A stretch of 64,000 bases of DNA. Source: the human T2T-CHM13v2.0 reference genome, Homo sapiens. The stretch lies in the NCBI RefSeq assembly GCF_009914755.1, contig NC_060933.1, one strand, 5' to 3'. Below are positions 1 through 13,240 of this stretch, piece by piece. The notes under the pieces were generated by a model, which worked only from the letters and a program-made list of their open reading frames with translations, was not told where the DNA came from and ran no database searches. The translations under genes and the position numbers were made by a program. Position 1 is the first letter of the stretch. The number at the start of each line of letters is the position of its first letter.

Positions 1-76
1 CATTCCACTCCATTCCATTGCACTCGGGTTTATTGCATTCCATTCCATTCCATTCCATTCCATTCCATTCCATTCC

Positions 77-91
77 ATTCCGGAAGATTCC
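77..91. promoter_or_regulatory. Consensus heat-shock element match ATTCCGGAAGATTCC (representative of ~27 intact copies in the window)
   Basis: aTTCc-gGAAg-aTTCc equals three alternating nGAAn units, the canonical HSF1 trimer site. This is a sequence match only; binding is not shown. Confidence 0.6.
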
Positions 92-3000
92 ATTCCATTG
101 CATTCCATTCCATTCCATTCCCCTGCACTCGCGTTGATTCCATTCCATTCCATTCCATTCCATTCCATTCCATTCCATTCCATTCCTTTCCTTTCCATTC
201 CATTCCATTCCATTCCATTCCATTCCATTCCATTCCGTTCCGTTCCGTTCCATTCCATTCCATTCCATTCTATTCGGGTTAATTCCCTTCCATTCCATTC
301 GATTGCAATCGAGTTGATTCCATTCCATTCCATTCCATTCCATTCCATTCCTTTCCATTCCATTCCTTTCCATTCCATTACGGATGATTCCATTCCATTG
401 CATTCCATTCCATTCCATTCCCCTGTACTCGGGTTGATTCCATTCCATTCCATTCCAATCCATGCCATTCCACTCGTGTTGATTCCATTCTTTCCATTCC
501 ATTCAAGTTGAATCCATTCCATTGCATTCCATTGCATTCCATTCCCCTGCAGTCGGGTTGATTCCATTCCATTCCATTCCATTCCATTCCATTCCATTCC
601 ATTCCGTTACGTTCCGTTCCATTCCATTCCATTCCATTGCACTCGGGTTGATTCCATTCCATTGCATTCCATTCCATTCCATTCCATTCCATTCCATTCC
701 ATTCCATTCTGTTCCATTCCATTCCATTACACTCGGATTGATTCTTTTCAACTCCCTTACTCTCCATTACATTCCATTCCATTCGGGTTGTTCCATTCCA
801 TTCCATTCCATTCCACTCCATTCCATTGCACTCGTGTTGATTCCATTCCATTCCATTCCATTCCATTCCGGATGATTCCATTCCATTGCATTCCGTTCCA
901 TTACATTCCCCTGCACTCGGGTTGATTCCATTCCATTCCATTCCATTCCATTCGATTCCATTCCATTCCCCTGCACCCGCGTTGATTCCATTCCATTCCA
1001 TTCCATTCCATTTCATTCCATTCCATTCCATTCCTTTCCGTTCCATTCCATTCCATTCCATTCCATTCCGTTCCATTCCATTCGATTCCAATCCATTCTA
1101 TTCGGGTTAATTCCATTCCATTCCATTCGATTGCAATCGAGTTGATTGCATTCCATTCCATTCCATTCCATTCCATTCCATTCCTTTCCATTCCATTACG
1201 GATGATTCCATTCCATTGCATTACATTCCATTCCATTCCCCTGTACTCGGGTTGATTCCATTCCATTCCATTCCATTCCATTCTATTCCATTCCATTCCA
1301 TTCCATTCCGGAAGATTCCATTCCATTGCATTCCAATCCATTCCATTCCCCTGCACTCGCGTTGATTTCATTCCATTCCATTCGATTCCATTCGATTGCA
1401 CTCGGGTTGATTCCATGGCATTGCATTCCATTCCATTCCATTCCATTCCATTCCATTCCATTCCTTTCCATTCCATTCCATTCGGATTCATTTTATTCAA
1501 TTCCCTTACACTCCATTACATTCCATTCGATTCGTGTAGTTTCCATTCCATTCCATTCCATTCCTCTCCATTCCATTGCACTCGTGTTGATTCCATTCCA
1601 TTCCATTACATTCCATTCCATTCCATTCCATTCCATTCCGGATGATTCCATTCCATTGAATTCCATTCCATTCCATTCCCCTGCACTTGGGTTGATTCCA
1701 TTCCATTCCATTCCATTCCTTTCTGTTCCATTCAATTCCATTCCATTCCATTCTATTCGTGTTAATTCCATTCCATTCTATTCCATTCCATTCCATTGAA
1801 ATCGAGTTGATTCCATTCCATTCCATTCCATTCCATTCCATTCCATTCCATTCCATTCCGGATGATTCCATTCCATTGCATTCCATTCCATTCCATTCCC
1901 CTGCACTCAGGTTGATTCCATTCCATTCCATTACTTTACATTCCATTCCATTCCGTTCCATTTCATTCTATTTGGGTTAATTCCATTCCATTCCATTCCA
2001 CTCCATTCCAGTCCTTTCCATTCCATTCCACTCGGGTTGATTCCATTCTATTCCTTTCAATTCCATTCCATTCCATTGCAATCGAGTTGATTCCATTCGA
2101 GTTGAATCCATTCCATTCCATTCCATTCCATTCCATTCCATTCCATTCCATTCCATTTCATTCCATTCCATTCTATTCCGTACCATTCCATTCCATCCCA
2201 TTCCATTCCGTTCCATTCCATGCCGTTACACTCGGGTTGATTCCAGTCCTTTCCATTCCATTCTTGTTGAATCCATTCCATTCCATTCCATTCCATTCCA
2301 TTCCATTCCATTCCATTCGAATCCATTCCATTGCTCTCGGGTTGATTCCATTCCATTCCATTCCATTCCATTTCATTCCATTCCATTCCATTACATTCGG
2401 ATTGATTCTATTCAATTCCCTTACACTCCATTACATTCCATTCCTTTCGGGATGTTTCCATTCCATTCCATTCCATTCCACTCAATTCCACTGCATCAGG
2501 TTGATTGCATTCCATTCCATTCCATTCCATTCCGGATGATTGCATTCCATTGAATTCCATTCCTTTCCATTCCCCTGCACTCGGGTTGATTCCATTCCAT
2601 TCCATTCCATTCCATTCCATTCCGTTCCATTCCGTTCCATTCCATTCCATTCCATTCTTTTCCGGTTAATTCCATTCCATTCCATTCGATTCCATTCCAT
2701 TCCATTCCATTCCATTGCAATCGAGTTGATTCCATTCCATTCCAGTCCATTCCGTTCCGCATGATTCCATTCCATTCCATTCCATTCCATTCCATTCCAT
2801 TCCATTCCATTCCATTCTCTTACAATTCGTTCCATTCCATTCTATTCCGTACCATTCCATTCCATTCCATACCATTCCATTCCATTCCATTCCATTCCAT
2901 TCCATTCCATTCCATTCCTTTCCATTCCATTCCATTCCATTCCATTCCATTCGGGTTAATTCCATTCCATTCCATTCCATTCCATTCTATTCCATTCCAT

Positions 3001-6000
3001 TGCAATCGAGTTGAATCCATTGCATTTCATTCCATTCCATTCCATTCCATTCCATTCCAGAAGATTCCATTCCATTGCATTCCATTCCATTCCATTCCCC
3101 TGCACTCGCGTTGATTCCATTCCATTCCATTCCATTCCATTCCATTCCATTCCATTCCGTTCCGTTCCATTCCATTCCATTCCATTCTATTCGGGTTAAT
3201 TCCATTCCATTCCATTCGATTGCAATCGTGTTGATTCCATTCCATTCTATTCCATTCCATTCCATTCCATTCCATTCCATTCCTTTCCATTCCATTACGG
3301 ATGATTCCATTCCATTGCATTCCATTCCTTTCCATTCCCCTGTACTCGGGTTGATTCCATTCCATTGCATTCCAATCCATGCCCTTCCACTCGTGTTGAT
3401 TCCATTCTTTCCATTCCATTCAAGTTGAATCCATTCCATTGCATTCCATTCCATTCGATTCCATTCGATTGCACTCGGGTTGATTCTATTCCATTGCATT
3501 CCATTCCATTCCATTCCATTCCATTCCATTCCATTCTGGAAGATTCCATTCCATTGCATTCCATTCCATTCCATTCCCCTGCACTCGCGTTGATTCCATT
3601 CCATTCCATTCCATTCCATTCCATTCCATTCCATTCCATTCCATTCCTTTCCGTTCCATTCCATTCCATTCCATTCCATTCCATTCCATTCCGTTCCGTT
3701 CCCTTCCGTTCCGTTCCATTCCATTCCAATCCTTTCCATTCCATTCCATTCCATTCCTTTCCGTTCCATTCCATTCCATTCCATTCCATTCCATTCCATT
3801 CCGTTCCGTTCCGTTCCATTCCATTCCATTCCATTCTATTCGGGTTAATTCCATTCCATTCCATTCGACTGCAATCGAGTTGATTCCATTCCATTCCATT
3901 CCATTCCATTCCATTCCATTCCATTCCTTTCCATTCCATTACGGATGATTCCATTCCATTGCATTCCATTCCATTCCATTCCCCTGTACTCGGGTTGATT
4001 CCATTCCATTCCATTCCAATCCATGCCATTCCACTCGTGTTCATTCCATTCTTTCCATTCCATTCAAGTTGAATCCATTCCATTGCATTCCATTCAATTC
4101 CATTCCCCTGCAGTCGGGTTGATTCCATTCCATTTCATTCCATTCCATTCCATTCCATTCCATTCCTTTCCGTTCCGTTCCATTCCATTCCATTCCATTC
4201 CATTCTATTCGGGTTAATTCCATTCCATTCCATTCCATTCCATTCCAATCGAGTTGATTCCATTCCATTCCATTCCATTCCATTCCACTCCATTCCAGTC
4301 CTTTCCATTCCATTCCACTCGGGTTGATTCCAATGTATTCCTTTCCATTCCATTCCATTTCATTGCAATCGAGTTGATTCCATTGCTTTGCATTCCATTC
4401 CATTCCATTCCATTCCGGATGATTCCATTCCATTGCATTCCATTCCATTCCATTCCCCTGCACTCGGGTTGATTCCATTCCATTCCACTCCATTCCGTTC
4501 CATTCCATTCCATTCCATTGTATTCGGGTTAATTCCATTCCATTCCATTCCATTCCATTCCATTCCATTCCATTCCATCACAATCGAGTTGGTTCCATTC
4601 CATTCCATTCCATTCCATTCCATTCCGGATGATTCCATTCCATTACATTCCGTTCCATTACATTCCCCTGCACTCGGGTTGATTCCATTCCATTCCATTC
4701 CATTCGATTCCATTCCATTCCAATTCTTTCCATTCCATTCTATTCCGTACCATTCCATGCCATTCCATACCATTCCATTCCATTCCATTCCATTCCGTTC
4801 CGTTCCGTTCCGTTCCGTTCCTTTCCATTCCATTCCATTTTATTCGGGTTAATTCCATTCCATTCCATTCCATTCCATTCTATTCCATTCCATTGCAATC
4901 GAGTTGAATCCATTGCATTCCATTCCATTCCATTCCGGAAGATTCCATTCCATTGCATTCCATTCCATTCCATTCCCCTGCACTCGCGTTGATTCCAGTC
5001 CATTCCATTCCATTCCATTCCATTCCGTTCCGTTCCGTTCCATTCGATTCCATTCCATTCCGTTCCGTTCCGTTCCGTTCCATTCCATTCCATTCTATTC
5101 GGGTTAATTCCATTCCATTCCATTCGATTGCAATCGAGTTGATTCCATTCCATTCCATTCCATTCCATTCCATTCCATTCCATTCCATTCCTTTCCATTC
5201 CATTACGGATGATTCCATTCCATTGCATTCCATTCCATTCCATTCCCCTGTACTCGGGTTGATTCCATTCCATTCCATTCCATTCCATTCTATTGCATTC
5301 CATTCCATTCCATTCCGGAAGATTCCATTCCATTGCATTCCATTCCATTCCATTCCCCTGCACTCGCGTTGATTCCATTCCATTCCATTCCATTCCATTC
5401 CATTCCATTCCGTTCCTTTCCATTCCATTCCATTCCATTCCATTCCATTCCGTTCCGTTCCATTCTATTCCATTCCATTCTATTCGGGTTAATTCCATTC
5501 CATTCCATTCGATTGTAATCGTGTTGATTCCATTCCATTCCATTCCATTCCATTCCATTCCATTCCATTGCAATCGAGTTGAATCCATTGCATTTCATTC
5601 CATTCCATTCCATTCCATTCCATTCCGGAAGATTCCATTCCATTGCATTCCATTCCATTCCATTCCCCTGCACTCGCGTTGATTCCATTCCATTCCATTC
5701 CATTCCATTCCATTGCATTCCATTCCATTCCATTCCCGTGCACTCGCGTTGATTCCATTCCATTCCATTCCATTCCATTCCATTCCATTCCATTCCATTC
5801 CATTCCGTTCCGTTCCGTTCCGTTCCATTCCATTCCATTCCATTCCATTCCTTTCCATTCCATTACGGATGATTCCATTGCAGTGCATTCCATTCCATTC
5901 CATTCCCCTGTACTCGGGTTGATTTCATTCCATTTCATTCCAATCCATGCCCTTCCACTCGTGTTGATTCCATTCTTTCCATTCCATTCAAGTTGAATCC

Positions 6001-9000
6001 ATTCCATTGCATTCCATTCCATTCGATTCCATTCGATTGCACTCGGGTTGATTCCATTCCGTTGCATTCCATTCCATTCCATTCCATTCCATTCCATTCC
6101 GTTCCATTCCATTCCATTACATTCGGATTGATTCTATTCAATTCCCTTACACTCCATTACATTCCATTCCATTCGGGTAGTTTCCATTCCATTCCATTCC
6201 ATTCCTCTCCATTCCATTGCACTCGGGTTGATTCCATTCCATTGCATTCCATTCCATTCCATTCAATTCCATTCCGTTCCATTCCATTCCATTACATTCA
6301 GATTGATTCTATTCAACTCCCTTACTCTCCATTACATTCCATTCCGTTCGGGTTGTTCCATTCCATTCCATTCCATTCCATTCCATTCCGGAAGATTCCA
6401 TTCCATTGCATTCCATTCCATTCCATTCCCCTGCACTCGCGTTGATTCCATTCCATTCCATTCCATTCCATTCCATTCCATTCCATTCCATTCCATTACA
6501 TTCTTTTCCGTTCCATTCCATTCCACTCCATTCTATTCGGGTTAATTCCATTCCATTCCATTCGATTGCAATCGATTTGATTCCATTCCATTCCATTCCA
6601 TTCCATTCTATTCCTTTCCATTCCATTACGGATGATTCCATTCCATTGCATTCCATTCCATTCCATTCCCCTGTACTCGGGTTGATTCCATTCCATTCCA
6701 TTCCAATCCATGCCATTCCACTCGTGTCGATTCCATTCTTTCCATTCCATTCAAGTTGAATCCATTCCATTGCATTCAATTCCATTCCCCTGCAGTCGGG
6801 TTGATTCCATTCCATTCCATTCCATTCCATTCCATTTCGTTCCGTTCCGTTCCATTCCATTCCATTCCATTCTATTCGGGTTAATTCCATTCCATTCCAT
6901 TCCATTCCATTCCATTCCAATCGAGTTGATTCCATTCCATTCCATTCCATTCCATTCCACTCCATTCCAGTCCTTTCCATTCCATTCCACTTGGGTTGAT
7001 TCCAATGTATTCCTTTCCATTCCATTCCATTCCATTGCAATCGAGTTGATTCCATTGCTTTGCATTCCATTCCATTCCATTCCATTCCGGATGATTCCAT
7101 TCCATTGCATTCCATTCCATTCCATTCCCCTGCACTCGGGTTGATTCCATTCCATTCCACTCCATTCCGTTCCATTCCATTCTATTCCATTGTATTCGGG
7201 TTAATTCCATTCCATTCCATTCCATTCCATTCCATTCCATTCCATTCCATTACATTCGAGTTGATTCCATTCCATTCCATTCCATTCCATTCCAGTCCTT
7301 TCCATTCCATTCCACTCGGGTTGACTCCATTCTATTAGTTTCCATTCCATTCCATTCCCTTCCATTCCACTCTGGTTGATTCCATTCCTTTCCATTCCAC
7401 TCGAAAACATTCCCTCCTATTCCACTCGGAACGATTCCATTCCATTCCATTCCATTCCATTCCATTCCATTCCATTCCAGTTCGTTCCATTCCGTTCTAT
7501 TCCGTACCATTCCATTCCATTCCATTCCTTTCCATTCCATTCCTTTCCACTAGTGTTGATTCCATTCCTTTCCATTCCATTCGGTTTGAAGGCATTCCAT
7601 TCCATTCAATTCCATTCCATTCTATTCCATTCCATTCCATTCTATTCCATTCCATTGCAATCGAGTTGAATCCATTGCCTTTCATTCCATTCCATTCCAT
7701 TCCATTCCATTCCATTCCGGAAGATTCCATTCCATTGCATTCCATTCCATTCCATTCCCCTGCACTCGCGTTGATTCCATTCCATTCCATTCCATTCCAT
7801 TCCGTTCCGTCCCATTCCATTCCATTCCATTCCATTCCATTCCATTCCGTTCCGTTCCATTCCATGCCATTCCATTCTATTCGGGTTAATTCCATTCCAT
7901 TCCATTCGATTGCCATCAATTTGATTCCATTCCATTCCATTCCATTCCATTCCATTCCTTTCCATTCCATTACGGATGACTCCTTTCCATTGCATTCCAT
8001 TCCATTCCATTCCCCTGTACTCGGGTTGATTCCATTCCATTCCATTCCACTCCATTCGGTTCCGTTGCATTCCATTCTATTGCATTCCATTCTATTCGGG
8101 TTAATTCCATTCCATTCTATTCCATTCCATTCCATTCCATTCCATTGCAATGGAGTTGATTCCATTCCATTCCATTCCATTCCGGATGATTCCATTCCAT
8201 TGCATTCCATTCCATTCCATTCCCCTGCACTCGTGTTGATTCCATTCCCTTCCATTCCATTCCATTCCGTTCCATTCCATTCCATTCCATTCTATTCCGG
8301 TTAATTCCATTCCATTCCATTCCATTCCATTCCATTCCATTCCATTCCATTGCAATCGAGTTGAATCCATTCCATTCCATTCCATTCCATTCCATTCCAT
8401 TCCATTCCATTGCAATCGAGTTGATTCCATTCCATTCCTTTCCATTCCATTCCATTGCCTTGCATTCCACTCGGGTTGATTCCATTCCCTTCTTTCCACT
8501 CCATTACTTTCCCTTCCATGATTGATTCCATTCCATTCCATTCCATTTCATTCCATTGCAATCCATTCCAATCCATTCCATTCCATTCCATTCCACTCGA
8601 GTTGACTTCATTCCATTCCTTTCCATTCCATTCCATTCCTTTCCACTCGAGTTGATTCCATTTCATTCCAATCCATTGCATTCCATTCCATGCCATTCCA
8701 CTCGGGTTGATTCCATTCCTTTGCATTCCATTCCATTCCATTCCATTCCATTCCATTCCGTTGCATTCCATTCCATTACATTCGGATTGATTCTATTCAA
8801 CTCCCTTACTCTCCATTACATTCCATTCCATTCGGGTTGTTCCATTCCATTCCATTCCGTTCCACTCCATTCCATTGCACTCGGGTTGATTCCATTCCAT
8901 TCCATTCCATTCCGGATGATTCCATTCCATTGCATTCCGTTCCATTACATTCCCCTGCACTCGCGTTGATTCCATTCCATTCCATTCCTTTCCATTCAAT

Positions 9001-11897
9001 TCCATTCCATTACAATTCGTTCCATTCCATTCTATTCCGTACCATTCCATTCCATTCCATACCATTCCATTCCATTCCATTCCATTCCATTCCATTCCAT
9101 TCCGTTCCATTCCGTTCCATTCCATTCCATTCCATTCTATTCGGGTTAATCCCATTCCATTCCATTCCATTCCATTCTATTCCATTCCATTGCAATCGAG
9201 TTGAATCCATTGCATTTCATTCCATTCCATTCCATTCCATTTCATTCCGGAAGATTCCATTCCATTACATTCCATTCCATGCCATTTCCCTGCACTCGCG
9301 TTGATTCCATTCCATTCCATTCCATTCCATTCCATTCCATTCCGTTCCGTTCCGTTCCATTCCATTCCATTCCATTCCATTCCATTCCATTCCTTTCCGT
9401 TCCATTCCATTCCATTCCATTCTATTCGGGTTAATTCCATTCCATTCCATTCGATTGCAATCGTGTTGATTCCATTCCATTCCATTCCATACCATTCCAT
9501 TCCATTCCATTCCTTTCCATTCCATTACGGATGATTCCATTCCATTGCATTCCATTCCATTCCATTCCCCTGTACTCGGGTTGATTCCATTCCATTGCAT
9601 TCCAATCCATGCCCTTACACTCGTGTTGATTCCATTCTTTCCATTCCATTCAAGTTGAATCCAATCCATTGCATTCCATTCCATTCGATTCCATTCGATT
9701 GCACTCGGGTTGATTCCATTCCATTGCATTCCATTCCATTCCATTCCATTCCATTCCATTCCATTCCATTCCGTTCCATTCCATTCCATTACATTCGGAT
9801 TGATTCTATTCAATTCCCTTACACTCCATTACATTCCATTCCATTGGGGTAGTTTCCATTCCATTCCATTCCATTCCTCTCCATTCCATTGCACTCGGGT
9901 TGATTCCATTCCATTGCATTCCATTCCATTCCTTTCAATTCCATTCCGTTCCATTCCATTCCATTACATTCGGATTGACTCTATTCAACTCCCTTACTCT
10001 CCATTACATTCCATTCCATTCGGCCTGTTCCATTCCATTCCATTCCATTCCACTCCATTCCATTGCACTCGGGTTTATTCCATTCCATTCCATTCCATTC
10101 CATTCCATTCCGGAAGATTCCATTCCATTGCATTCCATTCCATTCCATTCCCCTGCATTCGCGTTTATTCCTTTAAATTCCATTCCGTTCCATTCCATTC
10201 CATTCCGTTCCGCTCCATTCCATTCCATTCCATTCCATTCCATTCCATTCCATTCCATTCCTTTCCATTACATTACGGATGATTCCATTCCATTCCATTC
10301 CATTCCATTACATTCCATTCCATTCCATTCCTTTCCATTACATTACGGATGATTCCATTCCATTGCATTATATTCCATTCCATTCCCCTGTACTCGGGTT
10401 GATTACATTCCATTCCATTCCATTCCATGCCACTCCACTCGTGTTGATTCCATTCTTTCCATTGCATTCAAGTTGAATCCATTCCATTGCATTCCATTCC
10501 ATTCGATTCCATTCGATTGCACTCGTGTTGATTCCATTCCATTGCATTCCATTCCATTCCATTCCATTCCATTCCATTCCATTCCGTTCCATTCCATTCC
10601 ATTCCATTCGGATTCATTCTATTCAATTCCCTTACACTCCATTACATTCCATTCCATTCGGGTAGTTTCCATTCCATTCCATTCCATTCCTCTCCATTCC
10701 ATTCCACTCGGGTTGATTCCATTCCATTCCATTCCATTCCATTCCATTCCATTCCATTCCATTCCATTCCGGATGATTCCATTCCATTGAATTCCATTCC
10801 ATTCCATTCACCTCCACTTGGGTTGATTCCATTCCATTCCATTCCATTCCTTTCCGTTCCATTCCATTCCATTCCATTCCATTGTATTCGTGTTAATTCC
10901 ATTCCATTCTATTCCATTCCATTCCATTGAAATCGAGTTGATTCCATTCCATTGCATTCCATTCCATTCCGGACGATTCCATTCCATTGCATTCCATTCC
11001 ATTCCATTCCCCTGCACTCGGGTTGAATCCATTCCATTCCATTCCATTACATTCCGTTCCATTCCATTCCATTCCATTCTATTCGGGTTAATTCCATTCC
11101 ATTCCATTCCACTCCATTCCAGTCCTTTGCATTCCATTCCACTAGGGTTGATTCCATTCTATTCCTTTCCATTCCATTCCATTCCATTGCAATCGAGTTG
11201 ATTCCATTCGAGTTGAATCCATTCCATTCCATTACATTACATTACATTGCACACGGGTTCATTCCATTCCATTCCATTCCATTCCATTCCATTCCATTCC
11301 ATTCCATTCCATTCCATTTCATTCCGCTCCATTCTATTCCGTACCATTCCATTCCATCACATTCCATTCCATTCCATTCCATTCCATGCCATTACACTCG
11401 GATTGATTCCATTCCTTTCCATTCCATTCTTTTTGAATCCATTCCATTCCATTCCATTCCATTCGAATCCTTTCCATTGCACTCGGGTTGATTCCATTTT
11501 ATTCCGTTCCATTCCATTTCATTCCATTCCATTCCATTACATTCGGATTGATTCTATTCCATTCCCTTACACTCCATTACATTCCATTCCATTCGGGATG
11601 TTTCCATTCCATTCCATTCCATTCCACTCCATTCCATTGCATCGGGTTGATTGCATTCCATTCCATTCCATTGCATTCCGGATGATTCCATTCCATTGCA
11701 TTCCATTCCATTCCATTCCCCTGCACTCGGGTTGATTACATTCCATTCCATTCCCTTCCATTCCTTTCCATTCCATTCCATTCCATTGCTATCGAGATGA
11801 TTCCATTCCATTCCATTCCATTCCATTCCATTCCATTCCATTCCATTCCATTCCATTCCGCATGATTGCATTCCATTGCTTTCCATTCCATTCCATT

Positions 11898-12650
11898 CCC
11901 CTGCACTCAGGTTGATTCCATTCCATTTCATTCCATTACATTCTGTTCCATTCCATTCCATTCCATTCTATTCGGGTTAATTCCATTCCATTCCATTCCA
12001 TTCCATTCCATTCCATTCCATTCCATTGCAATCGAGTTGATTCCATTCCATTCCATTCCATTGCATTCCAATCGATTTGATACCATTCCATTCCATTCCA
12101 TTCCAGTCCTTTCCATTCCATTCATCTCGGGTTGATTCCATTCTATTCCTTTCCATTCCATTCCATTCCATTGCAATCGAGTTGATTCCTTTCGAGTTGA
12201 ATCCATTCCATTCCATTCCATTACATTACATTGCACACGGGTTCATTCCATTCCATTCCATTCCATTCCCCTGCACTCGGATTGATTCCATTCCATTTCA
12301 TTCCATTACATTCCGTTCCATTCCATTCCATTCCATTCTATTCGGGTTAATTCCATTTCATTCCATTCCATTCCATTCCATTCCATTCCATTGCAATCGA
12401 GTTGATTCCATTCCATTCCATTCCATTCCATTCCATTCCATTCCAATCGATTTGATTCCATTCCATTCCATTCCATTCCACTCCATTCCAGTCCTTTCCA
12501 TTCCATTCCTCTCGGGTTGATTCCATTCTATTCCTTTCCATTCCATTCCATTCCATTGCAATCGAGTTGATTCCTTTCGAGTTGAATCCATTCCATTCCA
12601 TTCCATTACATTACATTGCACACGGGTTCATTCCATTCCATTCCATTCCA
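11898..12650 (+). repeat. ~370-385 bp local tandem duplication
   Basis: CCTTTCGAGTTGAATCC...TTACATTACATTGCACACGGG at ~12188 and ~12573. ORF ends 12216/12601 and 12236/12621 (offset 385). Confidence 0.8.
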
Positions 12651-13070
12651 TTCCATTCCATTCCATTCCATTTCATTCCATTCCGTTCTATTCCGTACCA
12701 TTCCATTCCATCCCATTCCATTCCATTCCATTCCATGTCATTACACTCGGGTTGATTCCATTCCTTTCCATTCCATTCTTGTTGAATCCATTCCATTCCA
12801 TTCCATTCCATTCGAATCCATTCCATTGCACTCGGTTTGATTACATTCCATTCCATTCCATTCCATTTCATTCCATTCCCTTCCATTACATTCGGACTGA
12901 TTCTATTCAATTCCCTTACACTCCATTACATTCCATTCCATTCGGGATGTTTCCATTCCATTCCATTCCGTTGCATTCCATTCCATTCCATTCCATTGCA
13001 TTCCATTCCATTCCATTCCATTGCATCGGGTTGATTCCATTCCATTCCATTGCATTCCATTCCATTCCAT

Positions 13071-13240
13071 TCCGGATGATTCCATTCCATTGCATTCAAT
13101 TCCATTCCATTCCCCTGCACTCGGGTTCATTCCATTCCATTCCATTTCATTCCATTCCATTCCATTCCGGATGATTCCATTCCATTGCATTCAATTCCAT
13201 TCCATTCCCCTGCACTCGGGTTCATTCCATTCCATTCCAT
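13071..13240 (+). repeat. 95-bp local tandem duplication
   Basis: TCCGGATGATTCCATTCCATTGCATTCAATTCC...CCCCTGCACTCGGGTTCATTCC at 13071 and 13166. Confidence 0.8.

Noticed and set aside
78-85. TTCCGGAA as a STAT (GAS) site
   Set aside because: GAS requires TTC-N3-GAA (N4 for STAT6). The spacing here is N2, which fits an HSE instead.
7425-7440. CTCGGAACGATTCC as a second HSE class
   Set aside because: GAA-to-TTC spacing is 3 nt and the upstream unit is CTC, so it is out of register.
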